Position numbers and translations under genes: made by a program
Notes under the pieces: generated by a model
The model's input: only the letters and a program-made list of their open reading frames with translations
What the model was told of the DNA's origin: nothing
Databases searched by the model: none
Virus record (IMG/VR): IMGVR_UViG_3300028844_002497
Location: 2,793 to 66,792 of that record
Length of the DNA stretch: 64,000 bases
Reading direction: 5' to 3' (one strand)
Source of the DNA: a virus
Part shown: piece by piece, positions 18,660-29,048 of the stretch
Layout of the letters: each line of letters starts with the position of its first letter
How positions within the stretch are numbered: position 1 is the first letter of the stretch

Positions 18660-19632
18660 CTTTTACACCGGATTCAATCTGTCCGCAAATCCAGTTGTAA
18701 GTTTTTTCGATGCCTGTCTCTAAATCTTCATCTGGTGCCCAATCAATCTTTTCTTTTATTAATTTATTATCAGATGTACGACCCATAACGCCTCGAGGCC
18801 CGTCGATATTTTTAATTGTAACTCTTTTGTTTGATATCTCTGCTATAAGGTGTACTAATTCATTGATAGATATTTTACGTGTACTGCCCAAGTTCACAGG
18901 CTCTGTAAGGTCGCTTTCCATGATACGTTGTATACCTTCTACACATTCATCAATAAACAAGAATGAACGAGTTTGATTACCCGGTCCCCATACTTCAATG
19001 ACTCCGTCATGTTCAGCCATAGCAACTTTTCGACATAAGGCAGCCGGTGCTTTTTCTTTCCCATTGTTCCAAGAACCTTGAGGGCCAAAGATGTTGTGAA
19101 ATCTTGCAATCTTCACATTCATATTATAACATCTTCCGTATGCTAAGTAAAGCCTTTCTGAGAATAATTTCTCCCAACCATAATCTGAATCTGGGTTTGC
19201 CGGATATGCTGTATGTTCTGCTAGATCAGGATTGTCAGGATCTAATTGATTGTCTTGTGGATACATACATGCACTAGAACTATAAAATATTTTTTTAACA
19301 TCATATCTACGAGCAGACTCTAATACATTTAAATTAATTGTAGCAGAGTTATGCATAATATCTGCATCATTCTCGCCTACAAATATATAACCTGCGCCTC
19401 CCATATCTGCGGCTAATTGATAAACTTCATCAAATTTATGTTGTGAAAAGATAAAGTCAACCATTTCTGCTTGACGCAAATCTTGTTTGTAAAAATCATT
19501 TGCTCTTGTATCTTCATATAAAGGATGTTTAATATCTACTCCTATTACAGTATGACCTTGGGCTTTTAAATTGTTAACTAAGTGTGTGCCGATAAATCCA
19601 CCTGCACCACAAACTAATATTGTTTTATTCAA
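18652..19632 (-). CDS. NAD-dependent epimerase, GDP-mannose 3,5-epimerase-like
   Basis: GAGGFIG, QLAADMGGAGYI, YSSSACMY, YGWEK (YxxxK), EKAPAALCRK, QTRSFLFIDECVEG. Confidence 0.92.
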   Translation of the reverse strand: MNKTILVCGAGGFIGTHLVNNLKAQGHTVIGVDIKHPLYEDTRANDFYKQDLRQAEMVDFIFSQHKFDEVYQLAADMGGAGYIFVGENDADIMHNSATINLNVLESARRYDVKKIFYSSSACMYPQDNQLDPDNPDLAEHTAYPANPDSDYGWEKLFSERLYLAYGRCYNMNVKIARFHNIFGPQGSWNNGKEKAPAALCRKVAMAEHDGVIEVWGPGNQTRSFLFIDECVEGIQRIMESDLTEPVNLGSTRKISINELVHLIAEISNKRVTIKNIDGPRGVMGRTSDNKLIKEKIDWAPDEDLETGIEKTYNWICGQIESGVKDV

Positions 19633-21094
19633 AACTACATCTCCTTTCTAAATCACAGTATTCAGAATAATCTGTGTTAAAGTTATTTGTTATATGTTCA
19701 TATATGTTATTTACTACTGTAACAGAACCAGGTTCTTTAAACATGTTATAATTGTGTTCTACTATCGGTTTTACTCTACGTTTAAAATAAAGTATGTCAT
19801 CACGTGACCAAGATGCAATTTCTTTTAAAATGCTTTCTATTGCAAGTAAACGATTTGAAGGAGATTCTATAGTATCATAATCTTCACTCCAAAATTCACT
19901 AAATGTTTGAAAACCTAAATCTCTTAAACCTTGCATTGAGCCCGGTACTCCTATTATAATAAAAGGATGTTTATTGTATAAAGGTTTAAATGATTTTTCA
20001 GTCAATGTACATTCATCATTGTTATAATTTGTTTCTGTTATTAATGACAGCAATGTTTGTTGATAATATGATTGTGTGTAACCGAAATCTTCACACATCT
20101 TATTAATGTTTGTTTCTCCATCAATGATTAACGGACAACGATTTGCAAATCTGTCTGCTATTTCTTGTGAAATATGTAGACGTTGAGATTCATATAAACG
20201 CAGTTCACCGTCATTATCACGTTGATTTTCTATTTCTTCTTTAACTGTATGGAGTGCTTGTTCACTGTCAACTTTTGCAAAACTCATTAATGATTTGTCT
20301 ATTAAGTTATTTTTTTCTAGCATCAGTGCCAGGCTTGTTCTGTGTTTTCTAAAACGTCTGTTCCATGCTAAAAATAATTTATCAGGAACAATTTCACAAT
20401 CATATACATTTTCAGTTATAGGGAAATTACCTTCGTCAGTGCTATAAGTCTGACTATGATAAAAGTTATGAAATATTTCACGGGAAGATGCGTAAGGAAT
20501 TATGTGCATTCTATGTTTTCTATCGTTTGGTATTTGATGTCGTTCACAAAACTTTTCATACACAACAGATGCATTCACTGTTCCTGTAAGATAGATAATT
20601 TTGTACATAGGTATTTTATGATTTTTATGAAAATATGAAAACATTGATTGGAGTTCTGCATCTCCCATAAATGCTTCTACACTGTGATCGATTAATATAT
20701 AACCGTTTCTTACTGCACACATATGTATTAACCATTTAGGCATATGAGAAAATTCTAATACCCCTGAATCAGTAATAAAATATGATCCAAAGTTTAATCT
20801 CCATGTCATAGAAAAAGGATAAATGAACGGAGTCATAGCATCTGCTTCGATGCCCTGCACCGGTGTTAATTCAAATTTGTCTTTTGCTTTTGAAAATTGT
20901 TTATTCCAAACATCATCAGACCAAAAATGACGAGATTCCATAATTGGATTGATGCCATGTGCTTCTCCGGCCAATGTTAAAATGTTTGGTAATTCAGTAT
21001 TCCATATAGGACCTCGAGGGCCATACCAACTATATACGACTTTTACTTTATCGTCTTGGCTATGCGATATGACTGATCGGAATTTTTCGTTCAC
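19625..21094 (-). CDS. Glycosyltransferase-like protein (GT-B-like C-terminal motif)
   Basis: WNRRxRxHR, SLITET..LTEKSFKP..KHPFII.G.....LRDLGFQTF..FWSEDYD. Confidence 0.55.
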   Translation of the reverse strand: MNEKFRSVISHSQDDKVKVVYSWYGPRGPIWNTELPNILTLAGEAHGINPIMESRHFWSDDVWNKQFSKAKDKFELTPVQGIEADAMTPFIYPFSMTWRLNFGSYFITDSGVLEFSHMPKWLIHMCAVRNGYILIDHSVEAFMGDAELQSMFSYFHKNHKIPMYKIIYLTGTVNASVVYEKFCERHQIPNDRKHRMHIIPYASSREIFHNFYHSQTYSTDEGNFPITENVYDCEIVPDKLFLAWNRRFRKHRTSLALMLEKNNLIDKSLMSFAKVDSEQALHTVKEEIENQRDNDGELRLYESQRLHISQEIADRFANRCPLIIDGETNINKMCEDFGYTQSYYQQTLLSLITETNYNNDECTLTEKSFKPLYNKHPFIIIGVPGSMQGLRDLGFQTFSEFWSEDYDTIESPSNRLLAIESILKEIASWSRDDILYFKRRVKPIVEHNYNMFKEPGSVTVVNNIYEHITNNFNTDYSEYCDLERRCSFE

Positions 21095-22073
21095 TTTTTA
21101 CCTCTTCTCCTGTCCAATGTTTTGGAATAATAATATCTGTACCGCACATGCACATTTCTTTGTAGCATGTTATTTGTTTAGGTCCCACATTCTTAATATC
21201 TTCCAAGATGTGACCTACATCTCCGCCCATACCACAACTTGCTAAACTCATTGTGCCTACAGGATTAATAAAAATGCAATCACCTACGTTGCATTTCCAG
21301 CCACTGAAAAAGTTTTGACTCTTTACAATGATATCGTTTGCATTACATACTTGTTCTGTACCATCATCATAACGATTATATGATACAGTCATCTCTGTTC
21401 TTTTGTTTGGTTTAGGAACACTCTGGTGTGATTCTATATTGTGTTCTTCGATAAACTTCACATGCTTTGGATCTGAATACTTCCAAGGGCCTGTTACATG
21501 TGATAGTTCGTCATAAAGTGGTGTCCACTCTACAAAATAATTAGGCATGACAGTCTTTAAATGTTCTGCAAACTCTACGCATTCCCAAAATTTTTCTTCA
21601 TGTAACAATATCTTCGTGCTTAAGTAGTTTACGTTTTCACATAACCATATAGAGTTTTCTTCGTAACGTTCTTTGTTACATTGCTCAACATGAAAACTAG
21701 CAACAATGTCATCGAATAAATATGCATGTTTCTGCCACCATTTCAAAGGTCTTGACAAATTAGTATTAACTGCTAAAGTAGCATACGGCATGTTCTCATA
21801 AATCCATTCACATATAGGAATGAAGTTGCGCCATGCTGTTGGTTCTCCACCAGAGAAAAAGAATTTAAAGTTTTTGTAACCTGCTTTCTTATAACGTTTT
21901 ACTATTTCATCTAAGTTCTTAATGTAAACGTCTAAGTTTCCGTTGTTAGGGTTATCGCCCGCCCAGTTACCTGGGTTACAATAACTACAACTAAAATTAC
22001 AAAAGTTATTGACCTGCCATGTTATTGCTAAGTATGGTTCAGGTGCAAAAACTTCTTTTAACTCTCTGCCCAT
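21060..22073 (-). CDS. Radical SAM enzyme with a C-terminal Cys-rich (SPASM/twitch-like) domain
   Basis: CNFSCSYC, SGGEP, C-terminal WKCNVG..SLASC..CYKEMCMC. Confidence 0.9.
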   Translation of the reverse strand: MGRELKEVFAPEPYLAITWQVNNFCNFSCSYCNPGNWAGDNPNNGNLDVYIKNLDEIVKRYKKAGYKNFKFFFSGGEPTAWRNFIPICEWIYENMPYATLAVNTNLSRPLKWWQKHAYLFDDIVASFHVEQCNKERYEENSIWLCENVNYLSTKILLHEEKFWECVEFAEHLKTVMPNYFVEWTPLYDELSHVTGPWKYSDPKHVKFIEEHNIESHQSVPKPNKRTEMTVSYNRYDDGTEQVCNANDIIVKSQNFFSGWKCNVGDCIFINPVGTMSLASCGMGGDVGHILEDIKNVGPKQITCYKEMCMCGTDIIIPKHWTGEEVKSERKIPISHIA

Positions 22074-23338
22074 TCGTATACTTCCTTCATTTCAGGTACT
22101 ATATCTTCAAACTTTTCGTCTCTATATTGATCAAGTTCATCGTTGAACTTTTTAAATTCTAATATTCCACCTTTGTTTTCATCACCAACTGTTAAGTTAT
22201 AGATGATCATCTTAAAGCCATTGTATATGTCTACATTGTCTTTGTGTTTCTCTTGGTATACACGATATAGTTCTGCGAGTCTGCGTTTGACACTCTGTGG
22301 TAATATCATTACGTTAGCATACCACGGGTTAGTCGCAAGATTGAATCTCGGTGATGAGTATTCAACATCGATAAACTCGTTATCAACCATGTAATCCCAA
22401 AAGTCAGGAAAATCAAAGATATTCCAAATGGATATCGTGGGAGTTATTTGAAACTGAGCATGTGGAACTTGCTCTTTTACGTCTCTGATATTCCTGACAA
22501 CTTTTTCCCAGTCTGTGCCGCTTCTGATACACTCTGCGACTTCGCCATGTGCATCTAAACTAGCCCAGATTTTTAACTGGGGAAACTTTTTCCAATACGC
22601 AATCAAATCAACATTCTTCTTATAGTTAAGAGTTGAAAAGTTTGTTGTATAAGTTAATTCTACTTGTTCTGTTAGATCATTTTCGATCCAGTAATCTAAA
22701 CATTCATAATGCTCCGGAGTAATGACAATTTCTCCACCAGCAAAATAAACTTCTGTAACGTCATCTAAGTAAGGCTTAAGTTTTGACATCAATGTCATTT
22801 CATCATTGTTACTGATAACAATTTTACCTTTGTTCTTGGGGAAGTATTCATCAAACACTTCTTGACCACGTTCATTTAAAAATTCTTGTGACCATAGTGA
22901 TGAACATGAAGGGCCACATGATCTGCATTTCATGTTACATATATTACTAAAACGAATATCCATATATTTCATTTGAAACTCTTTCAATGATCCATCGTCA
23001 TTAGTAACATCTGCTATGTAATCGACATAATCAAGTCCTTTACGTTTGTTATGTGACTGTCTCATTGTCCATTCGCCCATTAACTCTAAGTCATAGCAAC
23101 GTTTACATTCAGCAACAGGTTCATCACGCATCATTTTAGAACGTAAATCATTATACTTGTCAGAGTTCATCATCTGTATAATTGATTCATCGTCTCTAAG
23201 TTCTGCTGTGGGCAACTCACTGTCTGCAACACAACAAGGCATCACACGTTTGTCTGGCCATGCATGAAAATGTACCCAGGGTAAAACACAAAAATGTTTA
23301 CCGTTTTCGACTAGGTTCTTTACTACAATCTTTTCCAT
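22058..23338 (-). CDS. Radical SAM enzyme with an N-terminal twitch-like Cys domain
   Basis: FCVLPW..PCC..CKRC, then CNMKCRSC, FAGGE, YTTN, SLD. Confidence 0.9.
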   Translation of the reverse strand: MEKIVVKNLVENGKHFCVLPWVHFHAWPDKRVMPCCVADSELPTAELRDDESIIQMMNSDKYNDLRSKMMRDEPVAECKRCYDLELMGEWTMRQSHNKRKGLDYVDYIADVTNDDGSLKEFQMKYMDIRFSNICNMKCRSCGPSCSSLWSQEFLNERGQEVFDEYFPKNKGKIVISNNDEMTLMSKLKPYLDDVTEVYFAGGEIVITPEHYECLDYWIENDLTEQVELTYTTNFSTLNYKKNVDLIAYWKKFPQLKIWASLDAHGEVAECIRSGTDWEKVVRNIRDVKEQVPHAQFQITPTISIWNIFDFPDFWDYMVDNEFIDVEYSSPRFNLATNPWYANVMILPQSVKRRLAELYRVYQEKHKDNVDIYNGFKMIIYNLTVGDENKGGILEFKKFNDELDQYRDEKFEDIVPEMKEVYEWAES

Positions 23339-23339
23339 C

Positions 23340-24014
23340 TTAAAACTTCACTCCCAAAGTTATGTTAAAAATACTTCTTTCTATTGGGTCTTTTGTATAA
23401 ACATTCTTAAGACCTACTGTTACTTTATCTGTTAGACTATAATCAAATGATGTTTCATTTCTTATATAATCATCTTCACCTGACTCCCATAACATCTTGT
23501 TTACAAATGTAACTTTTTTGTTTAAGTTATATGCATACCAAACTGATGAACGTATAATAGGTTCACTAATCTCATTTGAATTAAGATATGCAATTGAATT
23601 TTCTATTGATGCTTTATGAGTATCTGTTCTAAAAATTTTATATCCGTGTCCTATACCTAATACGATTCTATCATTGTTATCTCTAAATTCATCATAATCA
23701 TAACTGGTAGATCCTATTACATAATGTTTGTCAGTTATAGTTCTAATTGCTTTACCACTAGTTCTAAACTTATTAATTGTTTGTTCACTGTCTTCTGCTT
23801 TGTAGGCATAGTCTGCATCAAATACTCCTTGCCATATATCTGATTCCCATTTATGATCAAACGACCCTGTAAATACAATCGATTCGTCAATGTTAACAAA
23901 CGTTCCACCGACTTTTGCTTTTGTTTCTGCTGTTACAGCAGGTGCTAACATAATGATAGCCGCTACTGCAAATAATATAGTGATATCTCCTATAAATTTT
24001 AATTTCTTTTTCAT
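23340..24014 (-). CDS. DUF481/YdiY-like outer-membrane beta-barrel protein with a signal peptide
   Basis: MKKK, hydrophobic stretch, AxTA cleavage site; alternating beta-strand pattern; YDYDEF and LGIGHGYK; C-terminal ITLGVKF (terminal Phe). The ATG at 24014 overlaps the upstream stop. Confidence 0.75.
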   Translation of the reverse strand: MKKKLKFIGDITILFAVAAIIMLAPAVTAETKAKVGGTFVNIDESIVFTGSFDHKWESDIWQGVFDADYAYKAEDSEQTINKFRTSGKAIRTITDKHYVIGSTSYDYDEFRDNNDRIVLGIGHGYKIFRTDTHKASIENSIAYLNSNEISEPIIRSSVWYAYNLNKKVTFVNKMLWESGEDDYIRNETSFDYSLTDKVTVGLKNVYTKDPIERSIFNITLGVKF

Positions 24015-25258
24015 TCTTCTAAATCTCGTAAACCGTTGAGTTCTGGAAACACACTCCAAAAATCTTCATCTCTTATTTTATCTATGGACGCAGTGTGTTG
24101 CATCATAATCTTTTTGTTATCTTGCCATGTATTATCTTCATTAGCAAAATTAACTGCATCTCTAATTAAACGTGATAAACTTGTCTTGTCCCCTTCAAAT
24201 TTGTCAGCAAACTTTAAAGCATTCTCTGCCGCCGGTCCTTTCATTGCAGTAGGTAAACTCTTAGCACTATAGTAACTAGGATGCACAGCAAGATATAAAC
24301 TATGATACCAATCCTCGGCTCTTACAATATTCTTATCTTTAAGATATTGATAAAACTCGCCGATCATTGGATAATTAAACATAGAGAATACTGTATTCAT
24401 TTGAAATGTTACGTAATCTAAATCTCTGAATGTAAGTAAGTTATTTTCTACTACACCCCAGTCTGTTCCTTTACGTAACCATTCTGCTCTTTCACCGTAA
24501 TGATCAACTGAACAACTTAATTCAATATTATCAAAGTGTTTCCAAAGTTCTAATATATCATGCTTCTTATATTTAATGTTACTTGCGTTAGTATTGTACC
24601 TTAGTACAGGTTTTTTACCGCGTCTAATAAATTCTTCTAACATGACATAATGTTCGTCTGTAATTAGTGGCTCTCCGCCTGCAAAATAACATAAGTCAAT
24701 GTCGTCAATATGTTCTAATGTTTCTTCTAGTACTGTTCCTGTTTGGTCGTCTGCATGTATTAAGATAGGATGTTTAGGATCGTGGTTGGCTCGCATCTCT
24801 GCTCCCCACTGCGAACTAAACTCACTGCCACATGTACGACATTTGAAATTACATATATTAGAGAACCTAATATCAAAATAATGCATTCTAAAGTCATCTA
24901 CTGTTCCGTCTGCTTTTGTTTGTGGTACTAACTCATCGAATCGTTTACCAAAGTGTTCTTTAGAATAATTTCTAAAACTATGCGGGCCTGCTTCTTCATG
25001 TTTATAACAGAAATCACATACACTATTTTTTTTATCATTTAACATATCTAAACGTAATTGTTTCATTTTATCATTATTAAATGCTTCTTTTAATGATGTT
25101 TCTTTAGTGTTGCCAAATGGTTGTGTATAGTCATTAGAACAACAAGGATAAATATCTCCTTTGGGTGTTACGTTTAAATGCAACCAAGGAAACATACAGA
25201 ATGTTTTACTTTCTTCTAACAAGTATGTCTTATCTACTGCTGGTATTCTTTCACTCAT
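24011..25258 (-). CDS. Radical SAM enzyme with an N-terminal twitch-like Cys domain
   Basis: FCMFPW..PCC..CDFC; CNFKCRTC; FAGGEP; YNTN. Confidence 0.9.
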   Translation of the reverse strand: MSERIPAVDKTYLLEESKTFCMFPWLHLNVTPKGDIYPCCSNDYTQPFGNTKETSLKEAFNNDKMKQLRLDMLNDKKNSVCDFCYKHEEAGPHSFRNYSKEHFGKRFDELVPQTKADGTVDDFRMHYFDIRFSNICNFKCRTCGSEFSSQWGAEMRANHDPKHPILIHADDQTGTVLEETLEHIDDIDLCYFAGGEPLITDEHYVMLEEFIRRGKKPVLRYNTNASNIKYKKHDILELWKHFDNIELSCSVDHYGERAEWLRKGTDWGVVENNLLTFRDLDYVTFQMNTVFSMFNYPMIGEFYQYLKDKNIVRAEDWYHSLYLAVHPSYYSAKSLPTAMKGPAAENALKFADKFEGDKTSLSRLIRDAVNFANEDNTWQDNKKIMMQHTASIDKIRDEDFWSVFPELNGLRDLEE

Positions 25259-26577
25259 GGTCGCAATGCCTTTGGTACTTTATATAATGCTCCTAACTCT
25301 GGAAAAGTTTTTAGAAAGTCTTCTCCTCTTAATGCATCTATGCGTTTTATTTCTTCTTTAAATTCTACTTCATTATCTTCCCATGATTCTTTAGACATTA
25401 ACCATGGTATAACTTGTTGTATTTCATTTATTTGTTCTTGTCTAAAGTTTAAATCTTTCATATAAGCCATAGTCAAATGTAATTGATCAAGTGCTTGTTT
25501 TTTGTATCCGCCCGGCAATACATGTGAAGATAAGTGTTCTGGTGATCCCATGCTGTAGAGAGTCCATACGGAACTCTCAGGGGTATAATAATGATTGTCT
25601 ATCATATACTTGTAAAAATGCGAAATAGTTAATGCGTTGAATATACTATATACAGTATTAACCTGAAAATTAACATTCTTTGCTTTCTTTAATTTCTTTA
25701 AATTTGTTTCAATTGTTTTCCATTTAGTTCCGTGTCTGATGTATTCAGCCTTTTCTCCCATATGATCTATTGATGCATAAATTTGAACTGGCTGTTCAAA
25801 GTGGTCCCACAGTTTAAAGATATCTCGTTTCTTATATTTAAAATTAGATATGTTTGTATTATACCTTAATTGAATATCTGTTTTCTTTTTCTTAATCATT
25901 TCATCGATCAACATATAATGTTCATCTGTAATTAGTGGCTCTCCACCTGCAAAGTATGCAACTTCAAAATTAGGAACTTGCTTTAATACTTCTAATATAA
26001 ATTCTTCTCTGTTGCCTTTTTCTAACTCTATAGCATACATAGGCAAGCCTGTTTGCTCACGTGATTCTAAGTCTTCTTGTTCCCATTTAGAACTAAATGC
26101 ACTGCCGCATGTACGACATTTAAAATTACAAATGTTAGAAAAACGAATGTCAAAGTATCTCATACGAAAGTTGACTATTCTTCCTGTGTTCATATCAGTT
26201 GTATTGATTACTTCATCAAAGTGATGTTGCCATGCTTCATTACTTTGTGTTCTAAAACTTGGTATGCCCTGATCATCATGTTTGTGACAGTTAGCACACT
26301 CAGGATTCTTGTTTCCTTTTAACATATCTAAACGCAACTTTTTCATCTTTGGAGAATTGACTAAATCTGCAAGACTGCTACGATTAGAGTTACCAACACC
26401 TTGATTGTCTGCACATGAATTTGCAATACAACAAGGAGCTCCTTGTCCTGTAGGTGTAGTGTGCATATGCACCCATGGAATCATACAGAAAGTTTCTGAT
26501 CTATTAAGAAGCAAATCTTTTAAAAAGATTGCCTGCTTCTTATCTACAGCGGGTTTGTTAGGCTTACTTGCTGGCAT
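25255..26577 (-). CDS. Radical SAM enzyme with an N-terminal twitch-like Cys domain
   Basis: FCMIPW..PCC..CANC; CNFKCRTC; FAGGEP; YNTN. Confidence 0.9.
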   Translation of the reverse strand: MPASKPNKPAVDKKQAIFLKDLLLNRSETFCMIPWVHMHTTPTGQGAPCCIANSCADNQGVGNSNRSSLADLVNSPKMKKLRLDMLKGNKNPECANCHKHDDQGIPSFRTQSNEAWQHHFDEVINTTDMNTGRIVNFRMRYFDIRFSNICNFKCRTCGSAFSSKWEQEDLESREQTGLPMYAIELEKGNREEFILEVLKQVPNFEVAYFAGGEPLITDEHYMLIDEMIKKKKTDIQLRYNTNISNFKYKKRDIFKLWDHFEQPVQIYASIDHMGEKAEYIRHGTKWKTIETNLKKLKKAKNVNFQVNTVYSIFNALTISHFYKYMIDNHYYTPESSVWTLYSMGSPEHLSSHVLPGGYKKQALDQLHLTMAYMKDLNFRQEQINEIQQVIPWLMSKESWEDNEVEFKEEIKRIDALRGEDFLKTFPELGALYKVPKALRP

Positions 26578-27944
26578 AATTTATAAAAATCTAATAATTC
26601 AGGATATACACTTAGTATATCTGTTTCTCTACGATCATCCATTTCGTTAAAGAAGTTGTAAAAATCTCTTCTACCTTCGATTAATTTTTCTTCACTATAA
26701 TGTGTGTTTTCCATATAGTCAACAACACGTTTAAATTTCTCATATTCAATTGTAGTAAATCTATCACTACGTTCATCATCTACGTTGTCTTCCATAAACT
26801 TTAATGACTCATGCATGTACGGCATAAATTCTTCTTTTGGTAAGATATTCATGTCATACATAATTGGGTCTCTTAAGTATGGAGTATCAAAACGTACTCT
26901 ATGTTTGTCTTCTGTTTTCCAATCGTACCATCCATAGATAGCACGCCACTCTAAAAACTTTTCTAATAAACTCTTAAAGTCTGTTACTGCTAATAGATTA
27001 AATGTACACATAAAAGTAACAGGAGAGTCTGTCTCTGTTAGATATGTATGTAAGTTCTTTTGAAACAGTTCTAAGTCTAATCCAGTTCTGATATACTCTG
27101 CTCGTTCTCCCCAGCAATCTAAACTAGTAAACATTTTAAAACTTTCTAACTTGTTTTCATCGCACAGTTTCTTTACAGAACTACTTAGTCGTTTTACTAA
27201 AGCATTCTTTGTACCCAAGTTACTATTCACATTAAGTTCTAACCAAGGCATCGGATCTTCATCAATCTTTTTAAATAGTTTCCATGTCGATGTGTGCATA
27301 GTAGGTTCGCCACCTGTTACACGTAAGATGTTTAAGTCTTTATTCATCTCAGGCCACCATTCCCAGAACGCATCAACATATGGATTTTCTTCTTCACGTT
27401 CAAAGAGTTTCATCCAATCAATATCGTTTCTATGATTCTTTACAGTCTCAATAGGACCAAAGTTTTTAATCTCAGCATGATAACTTGATGAATATTTAGG
27501 GTGACAATAACCACATTTGAAGTTACACTCATTACCAAAGTTAATCTCTAAATATTCTGGATTGATGTTTTGATCCCAAGGACCATTGAGTGCTTGATCG
27601 AATCGTTCTTCTGTAAAGATAGAACCATTACGAATATGTCTGTCAGAGATATAGTCATCGCCCATGTCTTCAACATTCCAGCAGTACTGACAACCTTCTG
27701 GTCGTTCGCCTGCTAACATTTGCTTACGTTCCATTTTCTTTTCCCATGTGTTATGTAATGCACTTGGGTTCTCGGCTAATTCATGTAATGGAATCTTGTG
27801 TGGTTGAGGATGATAACAACTATGAGTCTCACCTGTTTGTAAGTACATAGTAACATGTTGCCATTTGGCAAGACAAAATGACGGAGTTGCTTCTTCTTCA
27901 ACTCGTATCTGTATTGTTTTTATTCTATCAGTTTCTTTGGACAT
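26544..27944 (-). CDS. Radical SAM enzyme with an N-terminal twitch-like domain (SCYHP variant)
   Basis: FCLAKW..HSCYHP..CQYCW; CNFKCGYC; TGGEP. Confidence 0.9.
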   Translation of the reverse strand: MSKETDRIKTIQIRVEEEATPSFCLAKWQHVTMYLQTGETHSCYHPQPHKIPLHELAENPSALHNTWEKKMERKQMLAGERPEGCQYCWNVEDMGDDYISDRHIRNGSIFTEERFDQALNGPWDQNINPEYLEINFGNECNFKCGYCHPKYSSSYHAEIKNFGPIETVKNHRNDIDWMKLFEREEENPYVDAFWEWWPEMNKDLNILRVTGGEPTMHTSTWKLFKKIDEDPMPWLELNVNSNLGTKNALVKRLSSSVKKLCDENKLESFKMFTSLDCWGERAEYIRTGLDLELFQKNLHTYLTETDSPVTFMCTFNLLAVTDFKSLLEKFLEWRAIYGWYDWKTEDKHRVRFDTPYLRDPIMYDMNILPKEEFMPYMHESLKFMEDNVDDERSDRFTTIEYEKFKRVVDYMENTHYSEEKLIEGRRDFYNFFNEMDDRRETDILSVYPELLDFYKLCQQVSLTNPL

Positions 27945-28891
27945 TACCAGCCTTCTATTTCTCTGATAATCTCCATCTCTGTTACAAGGGGACCTAGGTT
28001 TCTTTTGTCAGCATTGTAATGTCTTTTAAAGAATGCTGATTGATCTTTGTCTAACATGTTCATTGGCAACCCTAGTTTTGCTTTTAGTTCTTCCCCTATT
28101 TCTTTTGCGGATTCTATTGGATCACCGTTCATGTACTGTTCCCACATAGTAGGATAGTTATCAAACCATTGAATGTCTGTATGTTGAAAGTCTGTTAACA
28201 TTGTCATATATGTTCCAAGTCTTGCTCCGTAGATTGCCCAGTCACCATTCTCTGCATCTAAGCCTACGTTCTGCCATATAGTTAAGTTGTTCAGATTCTT
28301 ATCTGCAACTCTACCTTTGAACTCATCTACAGTTACTAATGCTCCGCGGTCTAATACCATCTTTACACCTTCTCTGAAACCTGCTCTCCATGCTTGAAAA
28401 GCAGACTTGTTAGGGTAAGTAGTAGAATAGCAATCATACATTGCCCAGTATAATGAATCTGCTGAATTCATCATAAAGTCAACTTGAGTTGCTTCAGAAC
28501 CATCAGTGTGTTCATGTGTAGTCATGTTCTCTACATAAGTTTTCGTCCATGAAGACATACCTCCATTACCATAACGTAAGCCATTAACGTTATTGATAGA
28601 CTTCCATCTAAACTGTGCTTGTTTATACTTTGGATCTTTGTCTGTAAAATCTAATTGAATATTAAAGAAATCTTCTTCGGGTAATGTGTCACCGTCGATT
28701 AAAACAAATCGTTCAGTCTCACTCATTTCACCTGCGGCTTTGTGTGCTTGATCAGAGCCTAATACCCCATCAACTCTTTGTGCCCATGGAACCATGTTCT
28801 TAATTTGTACCCAAAATTCTTCTTTTTGTGGTTCATCGTAACTTAGATAGATAACATCCAAATCTGCGATATCAATAATATTACTCATCAA
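27944..28891 (-). CDS. Glycosyltransferase-like (GT-A) protein
   Basis: DVIYLSYDEP, RVDGVxG..AHKAA, LIDGD (DxD), YGNGG, AWRAGFREGVK. Confidence 0.65.
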   Translation of the reverse strand: MMSNIIDIADLDVIYLSYDEPQKEEFWVQIKNMVPWAQRVDGVLGSDQAHKAAGEMSETERFVLIDGDTLPEEDFFNIQLDFTDKDPKYKQAQFRWKSINNVNGLRYGNGGMSSWTKTYVENMTTHEHTDGSEATQVDFMMNSADSLYWAMYDCYSTTYPNKSAFQAWRAGFREGVKMVLDRGALVTVDEFKGRVADKNLNNLTIWQNVGLDAENGDWAIYGARLGTYMTMLTDFQHTDIQWFDNYPTMWEQYMNGDPIESAKEIGEELKAKLGLPMNMLDKDQSAFFKRHYNADKRNLGPLVTEMEIIREIEGW

Positions 28892-29048
28892 TGTCCTTTT
28901 TTGCTTTTCTACTATAACTATCTTCTGGATCTATTTCTGCATCAGCATTCATAAATCTCATACGTTGAATGGCATCCCAATTGATACCGTCACTTGGTTT
29001 CCATACTTCTCTAATTGGTACGTATTCTTCTTTATCCGATTTCTTCAC
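28881..29048 (-). CDS. Small 55-aa hypothetical protein (GTG start)
   Basis: Manual translation MKKSDKEEYVPIREVWKPSDGINWDAIQRMRF...KDIDE; GGAG 7 nt upstream; fills the gap. Confidence 0.6.
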   Translation of the reverse strand: MKKSDKEEYVPIREVWKPSDGINWDAIQRMRFMNADAEIDPEDSYSRKAKKDIDE

